Assembly (NCBI GenBank): GCA_964291655.2
Contig: OZ219802.1
Span: forward strand, 1,792,001 to 1,856,000
DNA length: 64,000 bases
Direction: 5' to 3'
DNA from: Chloroflexota bacterium
Lineage (GTDB): Bacteria; Chloroflexota; UBA11872; VXOZ01
A model generated the notes under the pieces. It worked only from the letters and a program-made list of their open reading frames with translations. It was not told the DNA's origin and ran no database searches. A program made the translations under genes and the position numbers. Shown here in pieces: positions 47,801 through 58,072 of the stretch; the stretch's first letter is position 1; every line of letters begins with the position of its first letter.

Positions 47801-48709
47801 TCAGTTGTTTAGGTGGTCCGCTATTTCGCGGTTGGTCGTCGCCCAGCAGCCGCCGGGTTTGTCCAACGCGTGGCGTAACACGGCATCTACCATGTCGCAA
47901 TGCGGGTCGCGCGCGGCGATATCCGACGGATGGCAGCACAGGCTGAAGATCTGCTTGTGCTCGTGGGCGTGGTCCACGCCGGCCTTGATGAGATCGATGA
48001 ATTCCCAGCGGTCCAGGTCCATGTGCCGGAAGGCCCAGATGGACGTAATACCCATCAGCGGGATCTCCAGCAGGCCGTTAAGATAGCGGTACGGTTGCAG
48101 CTTGTTGAGACTGGTGCCAAATGCCGCTTCCAGCTCCGCCGTGGGGTGGTGCCGCACAGTGTTGTCTACGGGATAGTGGTAATTGGCCGAGGCAAAGCGG
48201 AAGCCCTCGTCCCGCAGCACGTCTTGCACGTCCGGCACGTCGTCGAGCCCGCCGTCGAACCCGCCCGGCGTGCGGAAGCCCTGGGGCCTTTCACCCAGCT
48301 TGGCTTCAATTGCGTCACTTGTCTGCCGGATTTCCTGCCGGATGACTTCCAGTGGCGTGAGGCCCTCGGCGCGCCAGGGGGCGTTGGCATAGACCTCCTG
48401 CAAACCATCAATCGTCTTGGCCTTTACATTCACATGGGTGTAGGTGTGGTTGTCGATGGCATGCCCGTCGTCGACGAGCTGCTTCAAGTAGTCGATGTCC
48501 GGGTCTTCCAACGCGCTGCCTACCAGGAAGAACTGCAACTTGACCCCGTAGCTCTTCGCTATCTCGCTCATCCTGCGCAAATAGAGCTTGGTGCCCTCGT
48601 CTATTTCACCTTTGCGATGGTTCCACCGGGAGGTCCAATAAGGGAAATTGGGCGTCATTTCGATGTCGAACGTGAGGCTGAGGGAGAATTCGGCGCCGTT
48701 TGGGAACAT
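47801..48709 (-). CDS. Polysaccharide deacetylase family protein, paralog 2
   Basis: LTFDIEM, NHTYTH, GFRTPGG, CHP. Confidence 0.88.
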   Translation of the reverse strand: MFPNGAEFSLSLTFDIEMTPNFPYWTSRWNHRKGEIDEGTKLYLRRMSEIAKSYGVKLQFFLVGSALEDPDIDYLKQLVDDGHAIDNHTYTHVNVKAKTIDGLQEVYANAPWRAEGLTPLEVIRQEIRQTSDAIEAKLGERPQGFRTPGGFDGGLDDVPDVQDVLRDEGFRFASANYHYPVDNTVRHHPTAELEAAFGTSLNKLQPYRYLNGLLEIPLMGITSIWAFRHMDLDRWEFIDLIKAGVDHAHEHKQIFSLCCHPSDIAARDPHCDMVDAVLRHALDKPGGCWATTNREIADHLNN

Positions 48710-48949
48710 GTGTGCGTCCTTTTGTCTTGCTATGCTCGAGCGGATTGATCTTCCGAGATTTTCGCGTCGCTGTCCATCATGCGTAGCTGCGAATGTTGCC
48801 CATAACGAATTTAAGACATGCCGCCCAAGAGCGGGGGACAAGCCCCCGCGCTACAGCCGGTCTAAGAGTGTGGGTAATGCCTCCGCGCTACGGTCGGCCA
48901 ACGACACATGAGCTTGTTCCGTACGCGCAGGTGTGTTGAGCCCAAGTAC

Positions 48950-49858
48950 TTAGTTCAGTGTGTGGGCAACCATCTCCTGGTTCGTCGTGACCCAGCAGCC
49001 GCCGGATTTTTCCATAGCGTAGCGCAATACGATGTCGAGCATGTCGCAGTGCGGATCGCGCACGGCGAGCACCGGCGGATGGAAGCAGAGGCTCAGTACC
49101 TGACGGTTAGCGTGGGCGTGGTCGATGCCGCGCTTGAGCACGTCGATGAATTCCCAGCGGTCGATATCCAGCACGCGAAACGCCCAGATGTCCGTGATGC
49201 CCGCCAGAGGCAGTTCCGGCAGCCCGTTGGGGTAGCGGGAGGGCTGGAGCGCGTCGATGCTTGCCTCCATCGCCTGATTGAGGACTTCCGCAGCAGGACG
49301 CTTCTTCTCCGTATCGACCGGGAAATAGTACCGGGCCGAGGCATACTGCATGCCCGCGTCGCTGAGAACTTTCTGCACGGCGGGCACGTCGTCCAGACCG
49401 TTGTTGAACCCGCCGGGCGTGCGGAAGCCGGTGGGGGCGACGCCGAGTTTCTCGGTGATGGCCGTGGAGGTTTGCCGCACTTCGCGCTCAATACACTCCA
49501 GAGCATTGAGGCCGGCGGCCCGCCACGGCGCATTAGCGTACACGGGCTGGAGCTGCGGAATGTCCTGAGCTTTCACGGAGACGTGGTTATACGTGTGGTT
49601 GTCCACGGCATGACCTTCGGCCGTCATGCGCTTCAGGTAGTCGATATCCGGGTCTTCCAGCGCCTTGCCCACGAGGAAGAACTGAAACTTCACCCCGTAC
49701 TTGTCCGCGACGTCCAGCATCTTGCCCATATAGAGCTTGCTGTCCTCGTCGATGGCGCCCTTGCGATGGTCCCAGACTGACGTCCAGTACGGGAAATTGC
49801 TGCACATTTCGATATCAAACGTCAGGCTTAGGCCGAAATCCGCTCCATTTGGGTACAT
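48950..49858 (-). CDS. Polysaccharide deacetylase family protein, paralog 1
   Basis: LTFDIEM, NHTYNH, GFRTPGG, FHP; colinear with paralog 2. Confidence 0.88.
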   Translation of the reverse strand: MYPNGADFGLSLTFDIEMCSNFPYWTSVWDHRKGAIDEDSKLYMGKMLDVADKYGVKFQFFLVGKALEDPDIDYLKRMTAEGHAVDNHTYNHVSVKAQDIPQLQPVYANAPWRAAGLNALECIEREVRQTSTAITEKLGVAPTGFRTPGGFNNGLDDVPAVQKVLSDAGMQYASARYYFPVDTEKKRPAAEVLNQAMEASIDALQPSRYPNGLPELPLAGITDIWAFRVLDIDRWEFIDVLKRGIDHAHANRQVLSLCFHPPVLAVRDPHCDMLDIVLRYAMEKSGGCWVTTNQEMVAHTLN

Positions 49859-50095
49859 CCATCTTCTCCTATGCTACGTGGAAATGCGCCCGGTGAATGC
49901 GGTGACTCAATGCTCTCACGCATTTCTTGCCGCCGCCCCGGTAACCGTTAGTGCGCTTGGGGAGGCAGTAATGCAGAAGGCCAGCAAGGAGCTTTATCAT
50001 GGGAGCCTTCGCGGCGAGAACAGCCTTAGTATGCTCCAGCAGAGCTTTCTACGGCAAATAGCGCTGCGCCCGTCTGTAGCAGCGAATAAGGGAAG

Positions 50096-50356
50096 CTACC
50101 GCGACTCAAGGATGAACTTGATCGCCGTGCGCTCGCCATTCTCCACCGTCACCTCGATGAAGGCTGGAATGCAAATGAGGTCGATTCCGCTGGGCGCCAA
50201 GTAGCCTCGCGCAATCACAATGGACTTGACGGCCTGATTTACTGCTCCCGCGCCAATCGCCTGGACCTCGGCCCGTCCGGATTCGCGAACCACGCCTGCA
50301 ATTGCGCCGGCCACAGCCGTCGGCTTGGACTGTGAAGCTACCTTCAGAATCTCCAT
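50096..50356 (-). CDS. spoVS: SpoVS family protein
   Basis: MEILKV..S.P.AVAGAIAG, QAIGAGAVNQAVK, ERTAIK. Confidence 0.95.
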   Translation of the reverse strand: MEILKVASQSKPTAVAGAIAGVVRESGRAEVQAIGAGAVNQAVKSIVIARGYLAPSGIDLICIPAFIEVTVENGERTAIKFILESR

Positions 50357-50541
50357 TTGCTCCCCCTCCAGCTCCGATGTTGAGTGCAACGTTAGTCGCT
50401 CAGGTGGGCCAGAGCACGTATTCCTTGAAAACGCCTATACTTTTCTCGCTCGCCTCATGTGCCTCTCTTGCAAGATCTTATGCCGCCGGCGCCAGGCTGC
50501 GCTGCCGTCCGTCCACGGTAGCGTACGCCCAAAATCCTACG

Positions 50542-52071
50542 TTACTTCGCATATCCCACCACCCGTGTTTCGCGAATCAACGTGACTTTCACCTGGCCTG
50601 GGTAATCAAGCGTCTCTTCGATCTGCTTGCAGATGTCGCGCGACAGCCGTACCGCGCCTAATTCGTCAATCTCGTCGGGACGCACCATAATCCGCACTTC
50701 CCGCCCAGCCTGGATTGCGTATGATTTCTCCACACCTGAGAAGGAATTCGCCACGGCTTCAAGCGCCCGCAGGCGCTGCATGTACCGCTCGATCGAATCG
50801 CGCCGCGCGCCGGGCCGCGAAGCAGAAATGGCATCCGCCGCCGATACGACAAATGCTTCTACAGTGCGTGGCTCCTCATCGTTGTGGTGGGCGGCAATGG
50901 CATGGATGATCTTGGGCGACTGATTGTAGCGGCGCGCCATTTCCGCTCCCACCAGCGCATGGGGACCTTCCATATCGGCGTCAACCGCCTTCCCCACGTC
51001 GTGGAGCAGGCCCGCGCGCCGAGCGACATTTACGTCGGCGCCGATTTCCGCCGCCATGCTGGCTGCCAATTGCGCCACTTCAACGCTGTGGGCCAGCACG
51101 TTCTGGCCGTAACTAGAGCGGTAGCGCAGCCGCCCGATGAGGCGAATCAATTCGGCCGGCAGGCCGCGCACCTGCGCCAAGTCGGCTGCCTGCTCGCCTT
51201 CCTCCCAAATTGTATCCTCGATTTCCTTGTCGGCCTTGCCCACCATCTCTTCGATGCGCGCGGGGTGAATGCGCCCATCTTGGATGAGCCGGGTCAGAGC
51301 CAGACGCGCGACTTCCCGCCGGACGGGATCGTGCGCAGACAGTACCACCGCTTCGGGCGTGTCGTCAATGATGAGGTCCACGCCGGTGAGGAGTTCCAAG
51401 GCACGGATGTTACGCCCCTCGCGACCGATGATGCGGCCCTTCATCTCCTCATTGGGCAAGGTAACGACCGAGACCGTCGTTTCGACGGTATGGTCGGCGG
51501 CCAGCCGCTGGATTGCTGTCGCAATCACACGGCGCGCGCTGCGTTCTGAATCCTCACGCGCCGAGGCTTCCAATTGCTTGATCATACGGGTGCACTCTTC
51601 GCGCACCTCTTCTTCGATGCTCTTCGTCAGCACCTCTTTCGCTTCGTCGGCCGTCATCTGGGCGATGCGCTCAAGTTCGCTGATCTGTTTCTGACGCAGC
51701 CCGATTACTGCGTCCCGATCGCGCTCCACCCGTTTCTCAAACTCGCCGACCTTTCTCTCGCGTCGCTCAGCCTGCGTTGTGCGCTGATCTAGCGTTTCTT
51801 CGCGCTGTTGCAGACGGCGCTCGGTGCGGGTAAGGTCCCCGCGCCAACGCCCAATCTCATCTTCCGCTTTGGTCTTAAGCCTGAGCGCTTCATCCTTAGC
51901 TTCTACTTCCAGTCGTTTGCGTGTGGTCTCTGCATCCTCCAAAAGCCTCTGTGCTTCAGCCGCCGCCGCTTGGGTATTGCGATGTTGGATCAATCGTTGT
52001 GTCCAAAAACCGACTACAAAAGCTCCAGGGATTAGGACAAGCAGAGGCACGACAAGCATCCATTGCTCCAT
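50542..52071 (-). CDS. rny: Ribonuclease Y
   Basis: N-terminal TM helix, coiled coil, KH (KGRIIGREGRNIR), HD (LLHDVGK), AIQAGREVR. Confidence 0.97.
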   Translation of the reverse strand: MEQWMLVVPLLVLIPGAFVVGFWTQRLIQHRNTQAAAAEAQRLLEDAETTRKRLEVEAKDEALRLKTKAEDEIGRWRGDLTRTERRLQQREETLDQRTTQAERRERKVGEFEKRVERDRDAVIGLRQKQISELERIAQMTADEAKEVLTKSIEEEVREECTRMIKQLEASAREDSERSARRVIATAIQRLAADHTVETTVSVVTLPNEEMKGRIIGREGRNIRALELLTGVDLIIDDTPEAVVLSAHDPVRREVARLALTRLIQDGRIHPARIEEMVGKADKEIEDTIWEEGEQAADLAQVRGLPAELIRLIGRLRYRSSYGQNVLAHSVEVAQLAASMAAEIGADVNVARRAGLLHDVGKAVDADMEGPHALVGAEMARRYNQSPKIIHAIAAHHNDEEPRTVEAFVVSAADAISASRPGARRDSIERYMQRLRALEAVANSFSGVEKSYAIQAGREVRIMVRPDEIDELGAVRLSRDICKQIEETLDYPGQVKVTLIRETRVVGYAK

Positions 52072-52197
52072 GCCCTTTGCCTACCTCTCCGCGATTCCAT
52101 GCAAGAAAGCGAAACATTTCTAACACCATACGTGGCAATCAAGCCTTTATTTTGGGCAAGGCGTTCACCGCTAGTGCGAACAAATTTACCCACCCTA

Positions 52198-52226
52198 ACG
52201 GTACTAAGTTGCCGTTCCGCTGTCAA
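52198..52226 (-). promoter_or_regulatory. Sigma70-type promoter of rny
   Basis: Minus strand TTGACA, 17 nt, TACCGT. Confidence 0.65.
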
Positions 52227-52290
52227 CGCACTTGCAACTCTTTGCCCAACGGTGGTTCTTGCGATAGGCAGGCTGAGCACGGCCTTGGCA

Positions 52291-52330
52291 GAAATGAAAG
52301 ACTGGGCGGGTTGTACAACCCGCCCAGTCT
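52291..52330 (-). terminator. Intrinsic terminator after SBP gene 1
   Basis: Perfect palindrome AGACTGGGCGGGTTGTACAACCCGCCCAGTCT followed by TTCATTTC on the minus strand. Confidence 0.8.
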
Positions 52331-52364
52331 CATTTGCTTTGCTACGCAGCAAAGGAAAGAGCCG

Positions 52365-53747
52365 CTATCCGCCCTGGTCGGCCAGAACGCCGTTAAGCAA
52401 CTCAACGGCCTGCGGGAACGCCTCCTGCACGGTGAGTTCCTGATTGTTCAGGGCATCCCATACCGGCTTGGTGGCTTCGTTACCTGCGGACGTGTGGATC
52501 CACGGGTACGGGCCGGAATTGTCGGCAATCTTCTCCAGATCCGCCAGCACCGGACGCTCTTCCACCCGCGCCAGCCAGGCTTCGCTCTGGTAGAACTCCT
52601 TGCGACCGGCATTCCGGGAGAGAATACCAGCGAAGTATTTCTCCAGGGTGGCCTCGCTGTTGACCCAGCTCATCCAGCTCCACGCCAATTCGGGGTCTGG
52701 CGAGACGCTGAAGAGGCACCACTGGTTCGTCCAGGTGACGCTACCGGGGGTCTCTCCGCTGGGGCCCTTGGGGAAGGGAGCAAAGTCGAATTCCAACTCT
52801 GCGTTGCGGCCGAAGATGTACCCTACACTCCAGGAACCTTGGGCGTCAATGACAATCTGCTCGTTGTCGAACGTCGCACCTTCCGGCTTGGGGCCGAACT
52901 TGTGCTTCAGGCGCAGGTCTTCCTTGAACTGGCCCGCGGCAATGCCTTCGGGGGAGTCAAAGGCCGCTGCTGAATTATCAGCCTTGTAGAGCGTGGCGCC
53001 ATTGGGATAGACCCAACGCGCTATACCATAGATGCTAAAGCCGTCGGCATCATAGCCCAAGCGCGTGATATTGTCGCCATCAACCTCGTGAATCTTCGTC
53101 GAATATTCCACGAACTGGTCCCAATCCCAATTCCAGGTAACTTCCCGAGAGGAGTCGAGGCCGGCGTCCGTCAATAGACGGGTGTTGAGCCCAACCACGG
53201 TGGTGGAGGGGCCGTCATACGGAATGCCGTACGTCTGGCCGTTGTGCATGTTGAAGAAGCGGCCGGAGTCCACGAACTTGTCGGGCGCCGTGTCCGGATC
53301 TTTGGCCTGAAACGGGTCGAGCGGCTGCAGGAAGTCTTTCAGCAACCAGTTGAGAATGAAAGCTACCGAGACCTGCGAGGAGTCTACCTGCTCGCCGGCA
53401 GCAATCATCGTGGTCACATGGTCCTGCAAGCCGATGGTGCCTTGTACGTGGACCGACTCGACGGTCACGCCGGGATTCAGTTCCGCAAAGTCAGCCTTGA
53501 TGCCGTCGAAGTACTCCTGAATTGTCGGCGCGCCACCGGGCCGCCACCAGTCCGTGTGCACGACCTTGCGCGCTTCGGGCGCCTTTGCGGCCGTCTCAGC
53601 CTTGGGGGCCTCTTCCTTGGCCTCCATCTCGCCTTCGCCCTCCATGGCGGCGGGCGCCGCGCCGCAGGCTGCCAGCAATACGCCGCCGCCTACCACGCCA
53701 CTCCAGCCGAGGAGAGAGCGTCGATTAAATCGTCCTGTGCTTCTCAT
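52365..53747 (-). CDS. ABC transporter substrate-binding lipoprotein (carbohydrate/family 1-like), Tat signal, paralog 1
   Basis: NRRSLL + LAAC; YGIPY, WDWDQF, APFPKGP. Confidence 0.88.
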   Translation of the reverse strand: MRSTGRFNRRSLLGWSGVVGGGVLLAACGAAPAAMEGEGEMEAKEEAPKAETAAKAPEARKVVHTDWWRPGGAPTIQEYFDGIKADFAELNPGVTVESVHVQGTIGLQDHVTTMIAAGEQVDSSQVSVAFILNWLLKDFLQPLDPFQAKDPDTAPDKFVDSGRFFNMHNGQTYGIPYDGPSTTVVGLNTRLLTDAGLDSSREVTWNWDWDQFVEYSTKIHEVDGDNITRLGYDADGFSIYGIARWVYPNGATLYKADNSAAAFDSPEGIAAGQFKEDLRLKHKFGPKPEGATFDNEQIVIDAQGSWSVGYIFGRNAELEFDFAPFPKGPSGETPGSVTWTNQWCLFSVSPDPELAWSWMSWVNSEATLEKYFAGILSRNAGRKEFYQSEAWLARVEERPVLADLEKIADNSGPYPWIHTSAGNEATKPVWDALNNQELTVQEAFPQAVELLNGVLADQGG

Positions 53748-53822
53748 GGTATGAAAACCTCCTGAGCACTACCTACCTACCTACTCTCGGCATGCTCACC
53801 ATAGAGCAAAGCCGTTGCCCTA

Positions 53823-53851
53823 ACGGTACTAAGCCGCCTATTTGCTGTCAA
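53823..53851 (-). promoter_or_regulatory. Sigma70-type promoter of SBP gene 1, homologous to the rny promoter
   Basis: TTGACA, 17 nt, TACCGT; shares CCCTAACGGTACTAAG and GCTGTCAAC with 52193-52227. Confidence 0.65.
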
Positions 53852-53936
53852 CAAGCTGACAATACTCTGCTTTGCGATGGGTCTTAACATGAAGCACCAC
53901 TCTCCCCTTCGAGAGCATGTAGGGCGCGGTCGTAGC

Positions 53937-53972
53937 AAAAGAAAACTGGGCGGGTTTTGCAACCCGCCCAGT
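53937..53972 (-). terminator. Intrinsic terminator after SBP gene 2
   Basis: ACTGGGCGGGTT-TTGC-AACCCGCCCAGT followed by a T-rich tail on the minus strand. Confidence 0.82.
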
Positions 53973-54010
53973 CTTTATCGCTGTACTAAAGAGCAGAGGA
54001 ATGAGCTTGC

Positions 54011-55393
54011 TTAGGTGCCCAACTCCTCCAAAACGCCATTGAGCAGCCCCGCGGCCTGCGGGAAGGCCTCTTGCACGGTGAGTTCCTGGCTATTCAGGGC
54101 ATCCCACACCGGCTTGGTGGCTTCGTTGCCTGCGGCTGTGTGGAGCCACGGGTACGGGCCGGAATTGTCGGCGATTATCTCCAGGTCCTTCAGCATCGGC
54201 CGTTCGGCCACGATCTTCTGCCACGGCTCGCTCTGGTAGAACTCCTTGCGGCCGGCTTGGCGGGAAAGGATGCCGGCGAAGTACTTCTCCAGGGTGGCTT
54301 CGCTGTTCACCCAGCTCATCCAACTCCATGCCAATTCGGGGTCTGGCGAGGTGTTGAAAAGGCACCATTGGTTCGTCCAGGTCATGCTGCCAGGGGTCTC
54401 GCCGTCGGGACCCTTGGGGAAGGGCGCAAAGTCAAACTCCAGGTTTTCATTGTTGCCGAAGATGTACCCGACAGCCCAAGAACCCTGTTGGGAAAGGACG
54501 ATTTGCTCGTTGACGAAGGTCGCTCCTTCAGGCGTGGGGCCAAACTTGTGCTTCAGTTGCAAGTCTTCCTTGAACTGTCCCGCGGCAATGCCCGATGGGG
54601 AATCGAAGGCCGCTGCCGAATTGTCCTCCGTATACAGGGTAGCGCCGTTGGGGTAGAGCCACCGCGCGATGCCAGACAGGCTGAAGCCGCTGGTGCCATA
54701 GCCCAAGCGCGTGATATTCTCGCCCGACACTTCGTGCACCTTCTGCGCATATTCCAGGAACTGGTCCCACTCCCAATTCCAGGTTATTTCGCGATCGACA
54801 TCGAGGCCGGCGTCCGTCAATATGCGCGTGTTAAGCCCCATCACAACGGTTGCGGGGCCGTCGTACGGGATGCCATAGGTCATGCCGTTGTGCTGGTTGA
54901 AGAAACGGCCGGAGTCCACGAACTTGTCCGGCGCTGATTCGGGGTCTTTGGCCTGAAACGGGTCGAGCGGCTGCAGAAAGTCTTTCAGTAGCCAGTCAAG
55001 GATGAACGCCACCGAGACCTGTGAAGTGTCAACCTGCTCGCCGGCAGCGATCATCACGGTAACGTGTTCTCGTAACCCTCCCGTGCCTTGCACGTGGACC
55101 GAATCGACGGTCACGCCGGGATTGAGCTCCATGAAGTCGCCCTTGATGCCGTCGAAGTACTCTTGAATGGTGGGCGCGCCACCGGGCCGCCACCAGTCAG
55201 TGTGCACGATGAGACGGGGCTCCATCTCTTTCGTGTCTTCCATCTCGGCCTTGGGGGCCTCTTCCTTGGCCTCCATCTCGCCATCGCCGTCCATGGCGGG
55301 CGCCGCGCCGCAGGCTGCCAGCAATGCGCCGCCGCCTACCACGCCACTCCAGCCGAGGAGAGATCGTCGACTTAGTCTTCCAATGCTTCTCAT
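54011..55393 (-). CDS. ABC transporter substrate-binding lipoprotein, Tat signal, paralog 2
   Basis: SRRSLL + LAAC; same length as and highly similar to paralog 1. Confidence 0.88.
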   Translation of the reverse strand: MRSIGRLSRRSLLGWSGVVGGGALLAACGAAPAMDGDGEMEAKEEAPKAEMEDTKEMEPRLIVHTDWWRPGGAPTIQEYFDGIKGDFMELNPGVTVDSVHVQGTGGLREHVTVMIAAGEQVDTSQVSVAFILDWLLKDFLQPLDPFQAKDPESAPDKFVDSGRFFNQHNGMTYGIPYDGPATVVMGLNTRILTDAGLDVDREITWNWEWDQFLEYAQKVHEVSGENITRLGYGTSGFSLSGIARWLYPNGATLYTEDNSAAAFDSPSGIAAGQFKEDLQLKHKFGPTPEGATFVNEQIVLSQQGSWAVGYIFGNNENLEFDFAPFPKGPDGETPGSMTWTNQWCLFNTSPDPELAWSWMSWVNSEATLEKYFAGILSRQAGRKEFYQSEPWQKIVAERPMLKDLEIIADNSGPYPWLHTAAGNEATKPVWDALNSQELTVQEAFPQAAGLLNGVLEELGT

Positions 55394-55657
55394 TATATGA
55401 GAACCTCCTGAGCGCTACCTACTAACCCACTTTCGAACATGCTCAAAATAAAACAAGAACACCTACCCTGTCAAGTACCATTGTGCCAACGTGCTCGAAT
55501 CGGTGTGATTGTCTGCTATTTCGGCAATCTAGTGCTTGAGCGTTCTGCCTTCAAGAGTCAGGGTATAGGTTATCAACGCTCAGCCTAGAGCCGCTCTCAA
55601 CCCAAGTTAAAGACCAAGACCGAGGAACCCAGCTCAAGACGCCAAACCTGCGGAGTC

Positions 55658-56662
55658 CTACCACTCAAAAACCACCCCCAGCCAATCTGCGCCGCCGCGC
55701 GCGATCATGTCGTAGGTTTCCGGGGCTTGTTCCGGCATCATGCGGTGGGTAATGAGATGGTCTACCTTCAGCGCCTGCCGCGCGAGCAAGTCCAGTATCT
55801 CCGCGCGGTTGCGCTCTTGCGTCCACGGGTAGTAAGCATGGGCAATCATGGGCGAACGCGGCTGGAGCACGCCGATGATGCTGAGCTCTTTCGTCTGCAA
55901 TGGATCGAAGAGCGGTATCTCCACGATGCGCGGGATACTGCCCACGAGGAGAATCTTGCCGCTCTGAGCGGCCATATCCATGAGCATGCGCATGGCGGTG
56001 CCGCTGCGGGTGGCGTCAAAGCCGTACGTCGCGCCCGCGCCGCCGGTAACCTCCATTACGCGCTGCACGACGTCTTCGTCGGCTCCGTTGACCAAAACCG
56101 GGGTACCGCTTTGCGCTCCCATCTCTAATCGAACGGGAAAGACGTCAATGCCGATCACAGGATGCACGCCGTTCAGACGCAGAAGCTGGCAGAGGAGCTG
56201 TCCGACGACACCTTGGCCCACCACGGCGGCAGTCTGCCCTAACTTGGGCTCCGCTTTGCGGATGCCGTGCATGGCGACCGCGCCCAGGGTCGTAAACGTG
56301 GCGTCAGCCGGGTCGACACCATCGGGTACCCGCAGCAATGTCTGCGGCGCGCCGGTGCGGCCGGTGGCGCGGTTAACGACGTGATGGGAAGCATGCCGAC
56401 CGTTGCTCAGCACACGGTCACCCTCGCTAAAATCCCCAACCTCATCGCCTACGCGCTCCACCACGCCGACGTTGGAGTAGCCCGGGTACTTGGGGAAGGA
56501 CTGGCGCTCCATATCACCGCGAAGATTCGTCAATTCGGTGCCTGCGCTAATCAGGCTGACCTCGGTGCGCACCAGCACGTCGTGTGGCCCAAGCGGCGGC
56601 ACCGTTACTGCTTCAATCGTTACCTTATTCTGTTCGGGAAAAACTATCTGGGTTGCTTGCAT
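55658..56662 (-). CDS. MDR-family (zinc-binding alcohol dehydrogenase-like) oxidoreductase
   Basis: ISAGTE, PGYSNVG (non-canonical Zn site), VVGQGVVG, LITH. Confidence 0.88.
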   Translation of the reverse strand: MQATQIVFPEQNKVTIEAVTVPPLGPHDVLVRTEVSLISAGTELTNLRGDMERQSFPKYPGYSNVGVVERVGDEVGDFSEGDRVLSNGRHASHHVVNRATGRTGAPQTLLRVPDGVDPADATFTTLGAVAMHGIRKAEPKLGQTAAVVGQGVVGQLLCQLLRLNGVHPVIGIDVFPVRLEMGAQSGTPVLVNGADEDVVQRVMEVTGGAGATYGFDATRSGTAMRMLMDMAAQSGKILLVGSIPRIVEIPLFDPLQTKELSIIGVLQPRSPMIAHAYYPWTQERNRAEILDLLARQALKVDHLITHRMMPEQAPETYDMIARGGADWLGVVFEW

Positions 56663-56824
56663 GCCTATCACTCCTCTTCTGCATTCAGCGGGGGACAAGC
56701 CCCCGCGCTACTACATTCGTTCCCGCTTTGCGCAGTCATTTGCACTGTGCGCAGAAAAACCCATAATAGGACGTAGTCTTGACCGCTGACAGGTCCAATT
56801 GTACGGGAAAGGACGCAAACTGGA

Positions 56825-57850
56825 ATGTTAGGTGTTGGCATTATTGGGTGCGGCGGCATTAGCAACGGCCACGCGCGGGGTTGGAACGCCAATAGCGATC
56901 GCGCCAAGGTGGTGGCGGTGGCGGACGTAGTGGAAGCTGCCGCGCAGACGCGCGCGGCGCAAGTGGGCGGCGCGCGGGTCTACACGGACTACCGCGAACT
57001 CCTGCAAAATCCCAATGTAGACGCGGTGGACATCTGTCTGCCGCATCACGTGCATAGAGACGCCGCAGTGGCGGCGGCGGAAGCCAAGAAACACGTCCTC
57101 ATCGAGAAGCCGCTCTGCTTGACGATGGACGAAGCCAAGGAGATTGAAGCGGCCGTTGAGGCGAGCGGCATCACGCTCATGTGCGCCCACAACCAGGTCT
57201 TCACGGAATCCGTGCAGGAGATCAAGCCCCGCATCGACGACGGCCTCGTAGGCGACGTCTACTGGATTCACTCCGCCGACTGCTTTCTAAGCCGGCCCTA
57301 CATCAGAACGGGCTCGGCCGCGCTATCGTCGCATGGTCCGGGCACGTGGCGCTCCAAACGCGAACTCATGGGCGGCGGCGAGCTCATCGATACCGGCTAC
57401 CATCCGACCTACCGCCTGCTCTATCTGGCGGGCTCGAGAGCGATGACCGTCAGCGCATTGCTGACCAATCACCGCCTGCCGCAGCTCGACGGCGAAGACA
57501 CGGCGCAGGTGCTGGTGACCTTCGAGAATGGTTCCACCGGCCAGGTCCTCAGCTCGTGGGCCATGAATCTGCCGTCGGGCTATTCGATCCACGTGGTGGG
57601 CGACCGGGGCACGATCTCGGCAGGGTCGGGCCGCATTGAGATGATGCTGAACGGCATGGACCGGCCCGCGGTAAAGGAACTCCAAGTTCCCGACACGTTT
57701 GCCCGGGAGATCGAACACTTTATCGGTTGCCTCGAAAACGGCGAGACGCCGGTGCAGAGCCTGGCAGACGGAATCGCCACGCTGCGCCTGATCCGGGGAG
57801 CGTACCTATCAGTAGAGGAACAGCGGATCGTGTCGCTCGATACGGTCTAG
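56825..57850 (+). CDS. Gfo/Idh/MocA family oxidoreductase
   Basis: GIIGCGGIS, IEKPL, GGGELIDTGYH. Confidence 0.93.
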   Translation: MLGVGIIGCGGISNGHARGWNANSDRAKVVAVADVVEAAAQTRAAQVGGARVYTDYRELLQNPNVDAVDICLPHHVHRDAAVAAAEAKKHVLIEKPLCLTMDEAKEIEAAVEASGITLMCAHNQVFTESVQEIKPRIDDGLVGDVYWIHSADCFLSRPYIRTGSAALSSHGPGTWRSKRELMGGGELIDTGYHPTYRLLYLAGSRAMTVSALLTNHRLPQLDGEDTAQVLVTFENGSTGQVLSSWAMNLPSGYSIHVVGDRGTISAGSGRIEMMLNGMDRPAVKELQVPDTFAREIEHFIGCLENGETPVQSLADGIATLRLIRGAYLSVEEQRIVSLDTV

Positions 57851-58072
57851 CCTACTCCCAAAAACTGGAAATCGCTGCGGAGCGCCGGCAAGCGTTCCGG
57901 AGAACATCCTAAACCGTCGCATGCCCCACGAACCTTCAACAAGACGGGCAGTTTGCCCGTCTTGCGCATTTGCGGCTCTACGTTCCCAATGCAGTTGCTG
58001 GTGAAGTCTGCCGCCGTAGGCCGGTACGTTATTGCCGGCCACCGCTCGCAAGGCGGTGACGATAGGGCCGGC

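Noticed and set aside
50096-52071. Sporulation inferred from spoVS; absence of ymdB between rny and spoVS
   Set aside because: SpoVS occurs widely in non-sporulating bacteria, and the gene-order difference is ordinary variation.
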